Shown: positions 49,718 through 58,729 of the stretch, in pieces
Position numbering within the stretch: position 1 is the first letter of the stretch
How the letters are laid out: each line of letters opens with the position of its first letter
Translations under genes and position numbers: made by a program
The notes under the pieces: model-generated
What the model saw: the letters and a program-made list of their open reading frames with translations, nothing else
Database searches by the model: none
What the model was told of the DNA's origin: nothing
Assembly (NCBI GenBank): GCA_017535105.1
Contig: JAFXUI010000004.1
Span: forward strand, 35,952-99,951
DNA: 64,000 nt
Direction of reading: 5' to 3'
From: Alphaproteobacteria bacterium
GTDB taxonomy: Bacteria > Pseudomonadota > Alphaproteobacteria > Rs-D84

Positions 49718-51829
49718 ATGAAAATCAGGATTTTTGCCTTGTTGTTTTGCATCGTGCCGGCGGTTGCGGGTGCGATTTCTGTGCAAACTAAAAATACGCA
49801 AGCGGGGGTAAGTCGTGTGTCGATGGCGGTGGCGCCAAGTGCCGGCATTAAAAGTGTGAAAATTGCCGAAGATGCTGTTGCGCCGGAAACGTTTACGTTA
49901 ACAATGGGTGGAAATGAACACGTTGTAACCCCAACAACAAATAAACCAAAAAAATCTGGTGATTGTCGCAAAAGTTATAGAGCGTGTATGGACGAGTTTT
50001 GTTTGTTGGACGAAAGTGAGGGCGAACGTTGCGCGTGTTCATCAAACATCAACAAATCAAAAAGTTTGATAAAAGAAATTCAAGATATCCAAGCAGAAGC
50101 GGATAAGTTGTATACCGAAGGTGTCGAACGTGAACAGCTGGGGGCCAAGGCCAGATTGGTGTTCGGTGAATCTGAATCTGCGAAAAAAGCATCACGTGCA
50201 TCGGGTTTAAGTTTTACACAATGGTTAAACGGTGATGACGAAGATGGTTTGTCTGCGGACGACGATATTGGTGATGGATTGTACGCGATGGCGGCGGAAT
50301 ATTGTGCCGATGAACTGGACGCGTGTGGTGACAAGGCAGATATGGAAGAAATGTTATATGGTCGTCAAATTGTCGCAGATTGCAAGGCGTTTGATTCATA
50401 CTTGGTTGATCAAAAGGCAAACGCGTTGGCAAATAAACGTACGGCTGAATCTGCGGTGCGCAAAGCGCGTTTGGAAATGTTGGACACAACAAACAAATAC
50501 AATCGTGGCGAATGTTTGTTGGCATATCGTGCGTGTATTTCGGACAAGGGTGGTTGTGGTTCTAACTTTGAGAATTGTTTAGATGCGGATTTGTTATCAC
50601 GTCGTGCAAATGCGTGTGAAAACGTGTTGGATCAATGTATGGCGGTGCGTAATGATGTTCTGTCTGATTGGGAGATGGAGGCAGAAAGCATCTTGGTTGA
50701 TGCGACAAAATATGCCGATAAATATGCGCGTCAGACTTGTTTGGCACGAATCCAAGACTGTTTGGAAATTGGCTGTTCGACCGAAACGAATTCGGCGTGT
50801 TTAACGAACGTCAATGTTGCGGCGGGTGTGTGTCCGGTGATTGATGAATGTAACGAAATGATTCCGGGTATCAAGTCGGTTGTGAACGACAAATTGGGTT
50901 ATTTGCGGACTCAGTTTTGCCAGAACGATGTTGATAAATGTTTGCGTAATAAATGCGGTGAAAACTTTACTGCGCCAGAATGTGTTGGCAAAAAGACATC
51001 TGAAATTACGGCATTGTGTCCACAAACAATGTTCCCATCGTGTAAGAACGAAAATCAATTTGACATAATTGTCCAAGCGGCTTTGTTGCAGATGGACTAT
51101 CAAATGATGCAGGGTTGCTTGAATCATTTTGGCGAAGAATTGGGCAAGGTTTGTGGTACGGATATGGCGTGCTTGCCATCTGATTCAACGGTTGAATCAT
51201 TAAAGAAGTTACCAAATTCAGAGGCGAAAATGATAGCGTTGCGTCAAACGGTGCGTGATAATGCGTCCGCGGCGGTTGATGAATTCTTTAAGCAGTTTGA
51301 AAAAGATATTACGGTTGCGGCATGTCGCGACAGTCAAAAACCGGCGGGTCGCAGAAGTTTGGGCGACAGTGTGTTTAACAGTGCAAAGTTAATCGCTCAT
51401 ATCAGTGCGGAAAATCGTGCGTTGCGTGCGTTGGAATCAAAAATTGCAGAATTGTCGCGTGAACAAGATATCGAAACCGCGCGCCAAGCATGCTTGACAA
51501 CGTACAAGGTTGAAAAGAAAGAAACAGGAAAGAAGAATTACAGTTATATCCGCAGTGTTTCGTTCGAACCAGACCTGCGTAATTGCCACGTGTGCCGTAT
51601 GCAACAAGTTTGCGAAACGGGTGGCGAAACCAAAGCAACATCGGCGTTGAAATCGGCGGCGGGTGGTTTGTCGGCGGGTGCTGCGGCGGGTACGATGGTG
51701 AATCCGGGTTGGGGTACAGTCATCGGTGGCGTTGTTGGTGCGGTTGGTGCCGGCGTTATGGGTGCGGTATCTGGCGGCGAAGAAGAATTCTGTCAAGAAA
51801 TTGAATCTTGCGAAGATGTAAATATGTAA
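49718..51829 (+). CDS. Secreted Cys-rich protein, CMDxFC family paralog C, with C-terminal glycine zipper
   Basis: Signal peptide; CRKSYRACMDEFC...RCACS; NKYNRGEC; AAGGLSAGAAAGTMVNPGWGTVIGGVVGAVGAG. Confidence 0.85.
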   Translation: MKIRIFALLFCIVPAVAGAISVQTKNTQAGVSRVSMAVAPSAGIKSVKIAEDAVAPETFTLTMGGNEHVVTPTTNKPKKSGDCRKSYRACMDEFCLLDESEGERCACSSNINKSKSLIKEIQDIQAEADKLYTEGVEREQLGAKARLVFGESESAKKASRASGLSFTQWLNGDDEDGLSADDDIGDGLYAMAAEYCADELDACGDKADMEEMLYGRQIVADCKAFDSYLVDQKANALANKRTAESAVRKARLEMLDTTNKYNRGECLLAYRACISDKGGCGSNFENCLDADLLSRRANACENVLDQCMAVRNDVLSDWEMEAESILVDATKYADKYARQTCLARIQDCLEIGCSTETNSACLTNVNVAAGVCPVIDECNEMIPGIKSVVNDKLGYLRTQFCQNDVDKCLRNKCGENFTAPECVGKKTSEITALCPQTMFPSCKNENQFDIIVQAALLQMDYQMMQGCLNHFGEELGKVCGTDMACLPSDSTVESLKKLPNSEAKMIALRQTVRDNASAAVDEFFKQFEKDITVAACRDSQKPAGRRSLGDSVFNSAKLIAHISAENRALRALESKIAELSREQDIETARQACLTTYKVEKKETGKKNYSYIRSVSFEPDLRNCHVCRMQQVCETGGETKATSALKSAAGGLSAGAAAGTMVNPGWGTVIGGVVGAVGAGVMGAVSGGEEEFCQEIESCEDVNM

Positions 51830-51857
51830 GTTTTTCAGAGTACAGGGGAGAGAAAAA

Positions 51858-54479
51858 ATGATGTCACGTGCATTATTCGTTGTTATTATTGGCGCGTTGT
51901 GTGCGGGTGGTGCAGATGCCGCGGTTGCGAAAAAGCAATCGGCAATACAAAATGGCACCACTATTCGTGCGCGGGTTGAGGCCAAGGGTGTTTATAACCA
52001 AGAATGCTATGATGCATATTATGGTTGTATGGATCAATTCTGTATTGCTGAAAATGAAAATGGTGGCAGTTGTTCGTGCAGTGATAAAAATGCCGAATAT
52101 GAAAGTCAGTTGGCGGATATCCAAAAGATTTTGAATGAAGCAAATCGTATCAGCACCGAAGAAGTTGAAAAGATTCAAGCGGGCGCAAATGCCGACATTA
52201 TATTTAATGGCACACGTCAATATGACGAATATGGAAACATTGTGTCAGTTGATGCGCAAAATAAATCTGCGCAACAATCAAAAGAAAAAAAACGTGCCGA
52301 TTTGTTGTCGTTGTGGGACAGCAACTTTGATGACGAAGACGAAATCGACACAATAGCAGATAAAACTGGCAACGCATTGTTCAGTGCGGCACATAATTTA
52401 TGTGTTGCACAAATGGACGATGCGTGTGATAAAGACATAAACTTTTTACACCAGGTTTATGCCCGCCAAATTACATCCGACTGTAAAGCGTTTGAAAACA
52501 GTATTGCAAAACAAAAATCAAATGCCGATTTGGCACTGGCAAATGCCAAGGCCGATGTACGCAGTGCGTTGCGTGACAGTCTGAACGAGGCGAATAAGTA
52601 CGATTTGGGTCAGTGTATGGTTGAGTTTAAGAAATGTATGTTGACCGAAGACGCCTGTGGTAAAGATTGGACGAATTGTGTATCCACTGTTGCGTCCACG
52701 AACATGCAAAACAATGCGGCGGTCAGTACCGCCAAAACCAAGGCGGCAACGGTTGCTACATATGATATTACCGCACCAACAATGGAAATTTTATCAACCA
52801 AACGTACAATTTGTGAACGTGTGTTGAACAGTTGTGTTGCGGTGCGTGATATGGTTTGGCCGGCATTTTTGAAAGAAGCCGCACCAACAATTCGTTTGGC
52901 GGAAAGCAATGCGGAATCTAAATTCCGTCAGTCTTGTTTGTCCACCATTTCAAGTTGTATCCAAAAAGCGTGTAAAGATGATATAGCGGGCAAGGGTGTT
53001 GCAACAATGGACGCGTGTTTATCACGTCCGGATATGGCGCGCAGTTTTTGTAAGGTTGAAATAGACCCATGTGAACGTATGGAACCGCTGATTTGGGGTT
53101 ATGTGACGGATAAGTTGGCAGCAATGCGTGTTGACGCGTGTACCGAAGAAGTCAAAGCATGCTTTACCGACGACAACCGTTGTGGCGCAGACTTTTCTAA
53201 ATGTATCGGTATGGATTACAACTATATCCACGACATTTGCCCGATTGACAAGTTAGTGGTGTGCAAGGCGAACAACCCGAAATTCAGTATGACAGATTTG
53301 GATTCTATGTTGATGGGATTGTATCTGAATATAGACAATTCGGCACTGGAAACATGTCAGAATTTGGCGGAAGCCAAGATGTTGGAAATCTGTGGTTCAA
53401 CAACCGATTGTAATAAGTTTGCCGCAGACGAAACAATGGGTACGGGCAGTTTGCAGTATCAAAAAGATGGTGCAATTCATAGATTGACTGGTATGATTTC
53501 GTTCGGCAAGGTAAATGTTGGAATGGATAAAGAAAACGCAGGTTTGATTGATATACAAGATTATGTAAATTTCTTGTCCGAGGCAAAAGTTGTGCCACGG
53601 GAATATGGTGCGGTTGCAGATACTGTATTATATGAATTGGAAAACATACAAGGAACAATAAATCGTGTTATTACGATGATTGAGCAAGATCCGGAAATTC
53701 AATTCTGTGTAAATGGACGCGATTTAAGTCAGATAAATGGTAAATCTGGTTCCAAGACAACAGGTCGTTTTCCAAACCTGTTAAACCAAGTAAAAATGCA
53801 AATTGCAATTGCGGCATTGCGTCAGGCACAAGATAATTATAATAAAAAATATAACGAATACTTGGGCAAGGCAATGGATGGCGCAACAATTGATATGGCG
53901 AATTTAATGTGCAATAAGTTGCCGGCAGCGAATGGTACGGCTGCAGGTATTTCTGCCCCGGAATTGAATACAAGTGTTATTCCAATGGGTGCGTTGGTTG
54001 CAGAATTTGGTGGGGTGTCAAATTCGTCTTTAGCAGCAGGCGGGACCCACTCTTCACAAAGGTTGGGCGGTGCACGTATGTCCACAGCCAGTGGGGCTGC
54101 AGCGGGTGGTTCCGATGGTGGTGAAACAAGCACAATTACAAGTGGTGTGATTTCATCTGGTCTTTCCAAGTTCCAGGCGATGGGCGGAAAATTTGCAATG
54201 TCGTTTAATCCTAATCCAACGGCGATGATAGCGGATGCAACAGTGAAGGCGGTTGTTGCATTAGCCTCTGATACATATTCGTCCGAATTTGATGGAGGAA
54301 CTCGTGAAATGTGGTCAACATTTAACCGCGATACTCGTGTGTGTCATGTGTGTACATCAACTGTTACACAAGATTGCCATAATACTGGCAGTCGCGGATT
54401 CCTTGGACTTTGGGATTCTCGTGGTGTTTCTTGCACATCAAATGAACCGGTTGAAAAATGTGAAGATATACAAATGTAA
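51858..54479 (+). CDS. Secreted Cys-rich protein, CMDxFC family paralog D
   Basis: Signal peptide; CYDAYYGCMDQFC...SCSCS; ANKYDLGQC, LAxMRVDxC and DPxIxxCVxGRD shared with paralog A. Confidence 0.85.
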   Translation: MMSRALFVVIIGALCAGGADAAVAKKQSAIQNGTTIRARVEAKGVYNQECYDAYYGCMDQFCIAENENGGSCSCSDKNAEYESQLADIQKILNEANRISTEEVEKIQAGANADIIFNGTRQYDEYGNIVSVDAQNKSAQQSKEKKRADLLSLWDSNFDDEDEIDTIADKTGNALFSAAHNLCVAQMDDACDKDINFLHQVYARQITSDCKAFENSIAKQKSNADLALANAKADVRSALRDSLNEANKYDLGQCMVEFKKCMLTEDACGKDWTNCVSTVASTNMQNNAAVSTAKTKAATVATYDITAPTMEILSTKRTICERVLNSCVAVRDMVWPAFLKEAAPTIRLAESNAESKFRQSCLSTISSCIQKACKDDIAGKGVATMDACLSRPDMARSFCKVEIDPCERMEPLIWGYVTDKLAAMRVDACTEEVKACFTDDNRCGADFSKCIGMDYNYIHDICPIDKLVVCKANNPKFSMTDLDSMLMGLYLNIDNSALETCQNLAEAKMLEICGSTTDCNKFAADETMGTGSLQYQKDGAIHRLTGMISFGKVNVGMDKENAGLIDIQDYVNFLSEAKVVPREYGAVADTVLYELENIQGTINRVITMIEQDPEIQFCVNGRDLSQINGKSGSKTTGRFPNLLNQVKMQIAIAALRQAQDNYNKKYNEYLGKAMDGATIDMANLMCNKLPAANGTAAGISAPELNTSVIPMGALVAEFGGVSNSSLAAGGTHSSQRLGGARMSTASGAAAGGSDGGETSTITSGVISSGLSKFQAMGGKFAMSFNPNPTAMIADATVKAVVALASDTYSSEFDGGTREMWSTFNRDTRVCHVCTSTVTQDCHNTGSRGFLGLWDSRGVSCTSNEPVEKCEDIQM

Positions 54480-54491
54480 TAGGCGCGAAAA

Positions 54492-55379
54492 ATGAACCCG
54501 AACGAGATTATTGAAAACACAACCGAGATTTTACAGAATCCAAAAGAATTATTAAATGTTGAGGTGTCCAGTATAGATGCCGCTATACAATCGCTGATTC
54601 AGTCGGCGATTGATTTCGGTATCAAAATGCTGGTTGCAATTTTAATCTTTTGTGCGGGGATGTGGCTTGCCAATCGTATTACGCGTTCATTAAAGGCTAT
54701 TATGGAACGCCGTAAATTTGACCCGTCATTAAAATCTTTCTTGGCGTCTTTTGTAAATATCGTATTGAAAGTATTTGTGTTCATTATCGTACTTACCACC
54801 GTTGGTGTACAAATGACGTCCATTGTTGCGGTGTTGGGCGCGGCATCATTGGCGGTTGGTTTGGCACTTCAGGGGACATTACAAAACTTTGCAGGCGGAA
54901 TAATTATTTTAATGCTTAAACCGTTTCGGGTCGGGGACGCAATTGAAACCGCCAGTGGCAAGGTTGGTGTAGTTAAAAAAATTATGATGTTCACAACCGA
55001 ACTTCATACGTTTGATAACCAGGTTCTGTTTTTGCCGAATGGTGCGTTGGCAAACGGAATTATTACTAATATGTCCAAAGAGGGTGACCGCCGTACCGAT
55101 ATGAACATAAGTATTTCGTATGGTGACGATGTTGATGTCGCGCGCAAGGCGATATTGGAAGTGCTGAAAAAAGACAAGCGTATCATGAATAAACCAGAGC
55201 CGATTGTGTATGTGTCAAACTTGGGCGACAGTGCGGTTGTTTTGTCGGTGCGTTTTTGGACGTCATATGATGATATGTTTGCGACACGTGGCGATGTGTT
55301 GGAAAAGTTATATGTGGCTTTGCCAAAAAAGAAAATTCATTTCCCATATCCACAAATGGATGTTCACGTGAAAAAATAA
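54492..55379 (+). CDS. mscS: Small-conductance mechanosensitive channel
   Basis: LGAASLAVGLALQGTLQNFAGG, KPFRVGD, PNG, FPYPQ. Confidence 0.93.
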   Translation: MNPNEIIENTTEILQNPKELLNVEVSSIDAAIQSLIQSAIDFGIKMLVAILIFCAGMWLANRITRSLKAIMERRKFDPSLKSFLASFVNIVLKVFVFIIVLTTVGVQMTSIVAVLGAASLAVGLALQGTLQNFAGGIIILMLKPFRVGDAIETASGKVGVVKKIMMFTTELHTFDNQVLFLPNGALANGIITNMSKEGDRRTDMNISISYGDDVDVARKAILEVLKKDKRIMNKPEPIVYVSNLGDSAVVLSVRFWTSYDDMFATRGDVLEKLYVALPKKKIHFPYPQMDVHVKK

Positions 55380-55403
55380 TTTGCCCGCGTTCGCGGTTTT
55401 TTT

Positions 55404-55511
55404 GTCATTCCCGCGCAGGCGGGAATCTATTGCCACGCAGTGCCCACATGTTCGCCGAACAATCGGCGAATTGCCTGCGACGCATTGGATACCCACCTTC
55501 GTGGGTATGAC
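55404..55511 (+). repeat. REP/RPE/dRS3-like palindromic element, copy 1
   Basis: GTCATTCCCGCGCAGGCGGGAATC...GATACCCACCTTCGTGGGTATGAC. Confidence 0.85.
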
Positions 55512-55602
55512 AAAGTTGTTTTCCTTTCGTTCCTAGTCATTTTTATTGTGTGGGGTGGTATAATTGTTGTGGCGGATGTAACAATAAACAATGGGGGAAA
55601 AT

Positions 55603-55965
55603 ATGAAGAAAATATCAATCTTGGTAATCGCGTGTGCCGCCATATCGGGCGCGGCAAATGCAGCAATGAACGGCGGTATGGGGCAGGGCGGTTTCGCCGG
55701 TGGCGAAAACGTCATTTTGACAGTAGACCAGGTCAAAAATATGAACGATAACTCAAAGGTATGGGTAGAAGGTGTAATCTTGCAGAAAAATGGTGATGAA
55801 ACCTATATGTTCCAAGATTCAACTGGGACAATTATGGTTGAAATAGACGATGACGCATGGCACGGATTGGTCGTTGGTCCAACCGACACCGTCCGTATCT
55901 TTGGCGAAGTTGACCATGGTTTATTCACAACCGAAATAGATATAGATTACATTGAAAAGTTGTAA
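55603..55965 (+). CDS. YgiW/YdeI-family periplasmic OB-fold (BOF) protein
   Basis: Signal peptide; GGF, DxxxVxVEGxI, YMFQDSTGTIMVEIDDD, VRIFGEVD. Confidence 0.9.
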   Translation: MKKISILVIACAAISGAANAAMNGGMGQGGFAGGENVILTVDQVKNMNDNSKVWVEGVILQKNGDETYMFQDSTGTIMVEIDDDAWHGLVVGPTDTVRIFGEVDHGLFTTEIDIDYIEKL

Positions 55966-56012
55966 AAGAAAACGCCCAAGCGGGCGTTTCTTGTTGAATA
56001 TTATACTAATTT

Positions 56013-56109
56013 GTCATACCCACGAAGGTGGGTATCCAATGCGCCGCAGGCAATTCGGTGAACGTGTGGACACTGCGTGGCAATAGATTCCCGCCTGCGC
56101 GGGAATGAC
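56013..56109 (-). repeat. REP/RPE/dRS3-like palindromic element, copy 2 (inverted)
   Basis: Reverse complement matches 55404-55511 apart from about four substitutions and an 11-nt indel. Confidence 0.85.
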
Positions 56110-56118
56110 ATTTGATTT

Positions 56119-57189
56119 TTATCTGTTTGTCAGTTTCAATTCAATGCGGCGATTCTTTTGTAAATCGGCCGGGGAGTTACCCAATTCAACTGGGAACAAT
56201 TCGCCAAAGCCACTGGGCAGTAAACGACGTTTTGATACACCGTTGTTGGACAATTCATTTGCAACCGCGGTTGCGCGCAATAATGACAACTGCATATTGT
56301 TGCGATATGCGCGTGTTCCCGGTATGACCGCCTTTTTGTCGGTATGACCGTCAACACGAACAATCCAGTCTATGTTTGATGGAATCTTGTTCTCAAAATC
56401 TTTAATCACGTTGGCGATTAAGCGTAATTGGTTTTTACCATCTGCCGACAGAGTGTACGAACCACTGGGGAACAAAATGTCGCTTGAAATAATAAAGCGG
56501 TCACCATCGGCTTGTAATGTTGTGCGGTTACCCAACGCTTCCTTTATCGCGCGATAGAATTCTGATTGATACTGGGCCACCTTGTTCAATTCGGCAACCT
56601 TGTCCGCCAACGCCTTGTTCAGACGATTTGACATTTCAACATACTGAATTTCCTGGGCGCGTGATTTTTCTTCGGCGGCATCCAGGGCGGCCTGTAATTT
56701 CGCGATTTGTTCCGCCAATTCCGCACGTTGCGATGACATTTCATCGTGCAGGGCCGCGCGTTCGCGTTCCAGATTGGTAATTTGTTCCTTGGTCATATTC
56801 GCCATATTTAATTGTTCGGTCAATTCGTTGACTTGTGCCTCATACGCGTTGACAAGGTCTTGGATACTTAAATCAGTTTCATTTAATTCGTTGATAAGTT
56901 CCGCATTGTCGTTGCCCAATGTTTCCAATTCGTTACGCGCCGCAATAAGCAGTTGTTTTGCCTCTTGCTCATCAGCGCGCATTTGGTCAATGGTCAAAGC
57001 CTGTTCGGCATTTGTCGCCTTTAACTCAGCAACAGTTTTTGCGCCACTTTTCTTGTTAAACACACTTGTCGTGGTCCACAAAAATACGAACATAATAAGT
57101 AAAAATATAAGTATAATCACCAAATTAGAAAACAAGTCCACAAATCCGGGCCATGTACTTGTATTCTCGCGATAACGAACGTTCATCAT
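56119..57189 (-). CDS. MotB/OmpA-family protein with long coiled coil
   Basis: WPGFVD TM motif, coiled coil, DILFPSGS, VDGHTD, LSLLRA, GFGE, NRRIELKL. Confidence 0.88.
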   Translation of the reverse strand: MMNVRYRENTSTWPGFVDLFSNLVIILIFLLIMFVFLWTTTSVFNKKSGAKTVAELKATNAEQALTIDQMRADEQEAKQLLIAARNELETLGNDNAELINELNETDLSIQDLVNAYEAQVNELTEQLNMANMTKEQITNLERERAALHDEMSSQRAELAEQIAKLQAALDAAEEKSRAQEIQYVEMSNRLNKALADKVAELNKVAQYQSEFYRAIKEALGNRTTLQADGDRFIISSDILFPSGSYTLSADGKNQLRLIANVIKDFENKIPSNIDWIVRVDGHTDKKAVIPGTRAYRNNMQLSLLRATAVANELSNNGVSKRRLLPSGFGELFPVELGNSPADLQKNRRIELKLTNR

Positions 57190-57216
57190 GGTGTTTTTCT
57201 CCCTCTGTTTTTTATT

Positions 57217-57981
57217 TTATTCCCAACGCGAAACCGTTTTATCAAATCGCTGGACGGTTTTGTTTAATGCGCGTGCCGCCGAACCGATTTGCGCCATTGT
57301 CACATCCGGTGTTGCGGTATGCGTATGCGCCGCAAAGTAATCTTCGACGTCGTGCAAGATTGAATTTTGGACCAATTGAACCTGAATCCCCAAAAAGCCG
57401 ACAATCAAACTGCCGCCCAGGCCCAATATCGAACTGGTAAATGCGGTTGCCATACCCGCCAATGGTCGTGCCAGACCCGACTGCATTGATTCCAGTACCA
57501 TTTCATCCGCCATATTCAGACCGCCAATGATGTCGGCAAAACCGCCAACCGTCAGAAGCAAGCCCCAAAATGTACCCAACAACCCCAAGAATACCAACAA
57601 ATTAGTCACATAACGCACCGATTCCCGGTCGTCTTCGAACCGTAACAAAATCATATCCAATATGTTTTGCAGTGCCGATGCCGAAATGCGTGTCGGACGT
57701 GGCGACAACATTTGCGCAACCGGACGCAACACACGCGGGGGCAGGTCGGCATTACGCTTGCCATTACGATATTCGTACAGCCAGCGATATTCGGGCAACA
57801 ACCGGAACATCTTTACAAAACACAGTCCGATACCGAACAACGTTGTGCCAATAATAATGCCGTTCAGCCAGATATTCGCCGTTGCAATCTGCATAAATGG
57901 GTCGAAAAACAGCACCAGTCCCGCAATCATCAGGGCCACAAAAAGCGTCATCCGGTTAAGGTTCAAGTGAAATGTGTTCAA
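57217..57981 (-). CDS. MotA/TolQ/ExbB-family proton-channel protein
   Basis: LVFLGLLGTFWGL and GMATAFTSSILGL motifs; adjacent to the MotB-like gene; start codon uncertain. Confidence 0.85.
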   Translation of the reverse strand: MNTFHLNLNRMTLFVALMIAGLVLFFDPFMQIATANIWLNGIIIGTTLFGIGLCFVKMFRLLPEYRWLYEYRNGKRNADLPPRVLRPVAQMLSPRPTRISASALQNILDMILLRFEDDRESVRYVTNLLVFLGLLGTFWGLLLTVGGFADIIGGLNMADEMVLESMQSGLARPLAGMATAFTSSILGLGGSLIVGFLGIQVQLVQNSILHDVEDYFAAHTHTATPDVTMAQIGSAARALNKTVQRFDKTVSRWE

Positions 57982-58133
57982 CTGTAATCCCTCTTAATAC
58001 TAAAAAGGGTAGTAAAATTTTTACGGGCAAGTCAATACGAAAAAACTTGATTTTGTTAAAAAAATGGGCATAATGGACAACGTTCCTGCTGGCAGCATGG
58101 GGTTGTCGGCTGATATAAACCAAAGGAAATAAA

Positions 58134-58472
58134 ATGGCTTATTATGAAAGCGTCTTGGTTTTCCGCCAGGACTTGACCGAACCGCAGGTCAAAGAAAAAG
58201 CGGCTAAATTTACAGAAATTATCAAAGAACTGGGTGGCGATGTTAAATCTTCAGAGTTCTGGGGATTGAAAAATTTGGCATACGTTATTCGTAAAAACCG
58301 CAAGGCTCACTATGTCATGTTGAACATTGAATTGCCGGGTGCCCAGATCGCAGAATTGGAACGTCGTTCCCGCATTGACGAAGACGTTATCCGTTTCTTG
58401 AATGTACGTGTGGACGAATTGGCAACAACGCCGTCCGTAATGATGAAAAAGAATACAGAGGAGGCAGAATAA
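58134..58472 (+). CDS. rpsF: 30S ribosomal protein S6
   Basis: [26 protein letters not shown]. Confidence 0.97.
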   Translation: MAYYESVLVFRQDLTEPQVKEKAAKFTEIIKELGGDVKSSEFWGLKNLAYVIRKNRKAHYVMLNIELPGAQIAELERRSRIDEDVIRFLNVRVDELATTPSVMMKKNTEEAE

Positions 58473-58699
58473 TGGCAGTTCGTGCAGCAATTTATCGTAA
58501 AAAATCAAACCCATTAAAGGGCAAGGTTATTGACTATAAAGATGTGAAAATGTTGTCACACTATATCACAGAACGTGGTAAGATTGTGCCAAGTCGCATC
58601 AGCGGTGTTTCCCAGAAAGATCAACGTGCTTTGGCAACCGCCATTAAGCGTGCGCGTCATTTGGGTTTAATGCCGTTCGTAAGAAATAATTTGGGTTAA
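58472..58699 (+). CDS. rpsR: 30S ribosomal protein S18
   Basis: [25 protein letters not shown]. Confidence 0.97.
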   Translation: MAVRAAIYRKKSNPLKGKVIDYKDVKMLSHYITERGKIVPSRISGVSQKDQRALATAIKRARHLGLMPFVRNNLG

Positions 58700-58729
58700 A
58701 CCCTAACTTGAAACAAAGGACAGATTAAA

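Noticed and set aside
56119-57981. Zorya anti-phage system
   Set aside because: The MotA-like protein lacks the long ZorA tail and no ZorC/D/E genes are adjacent.
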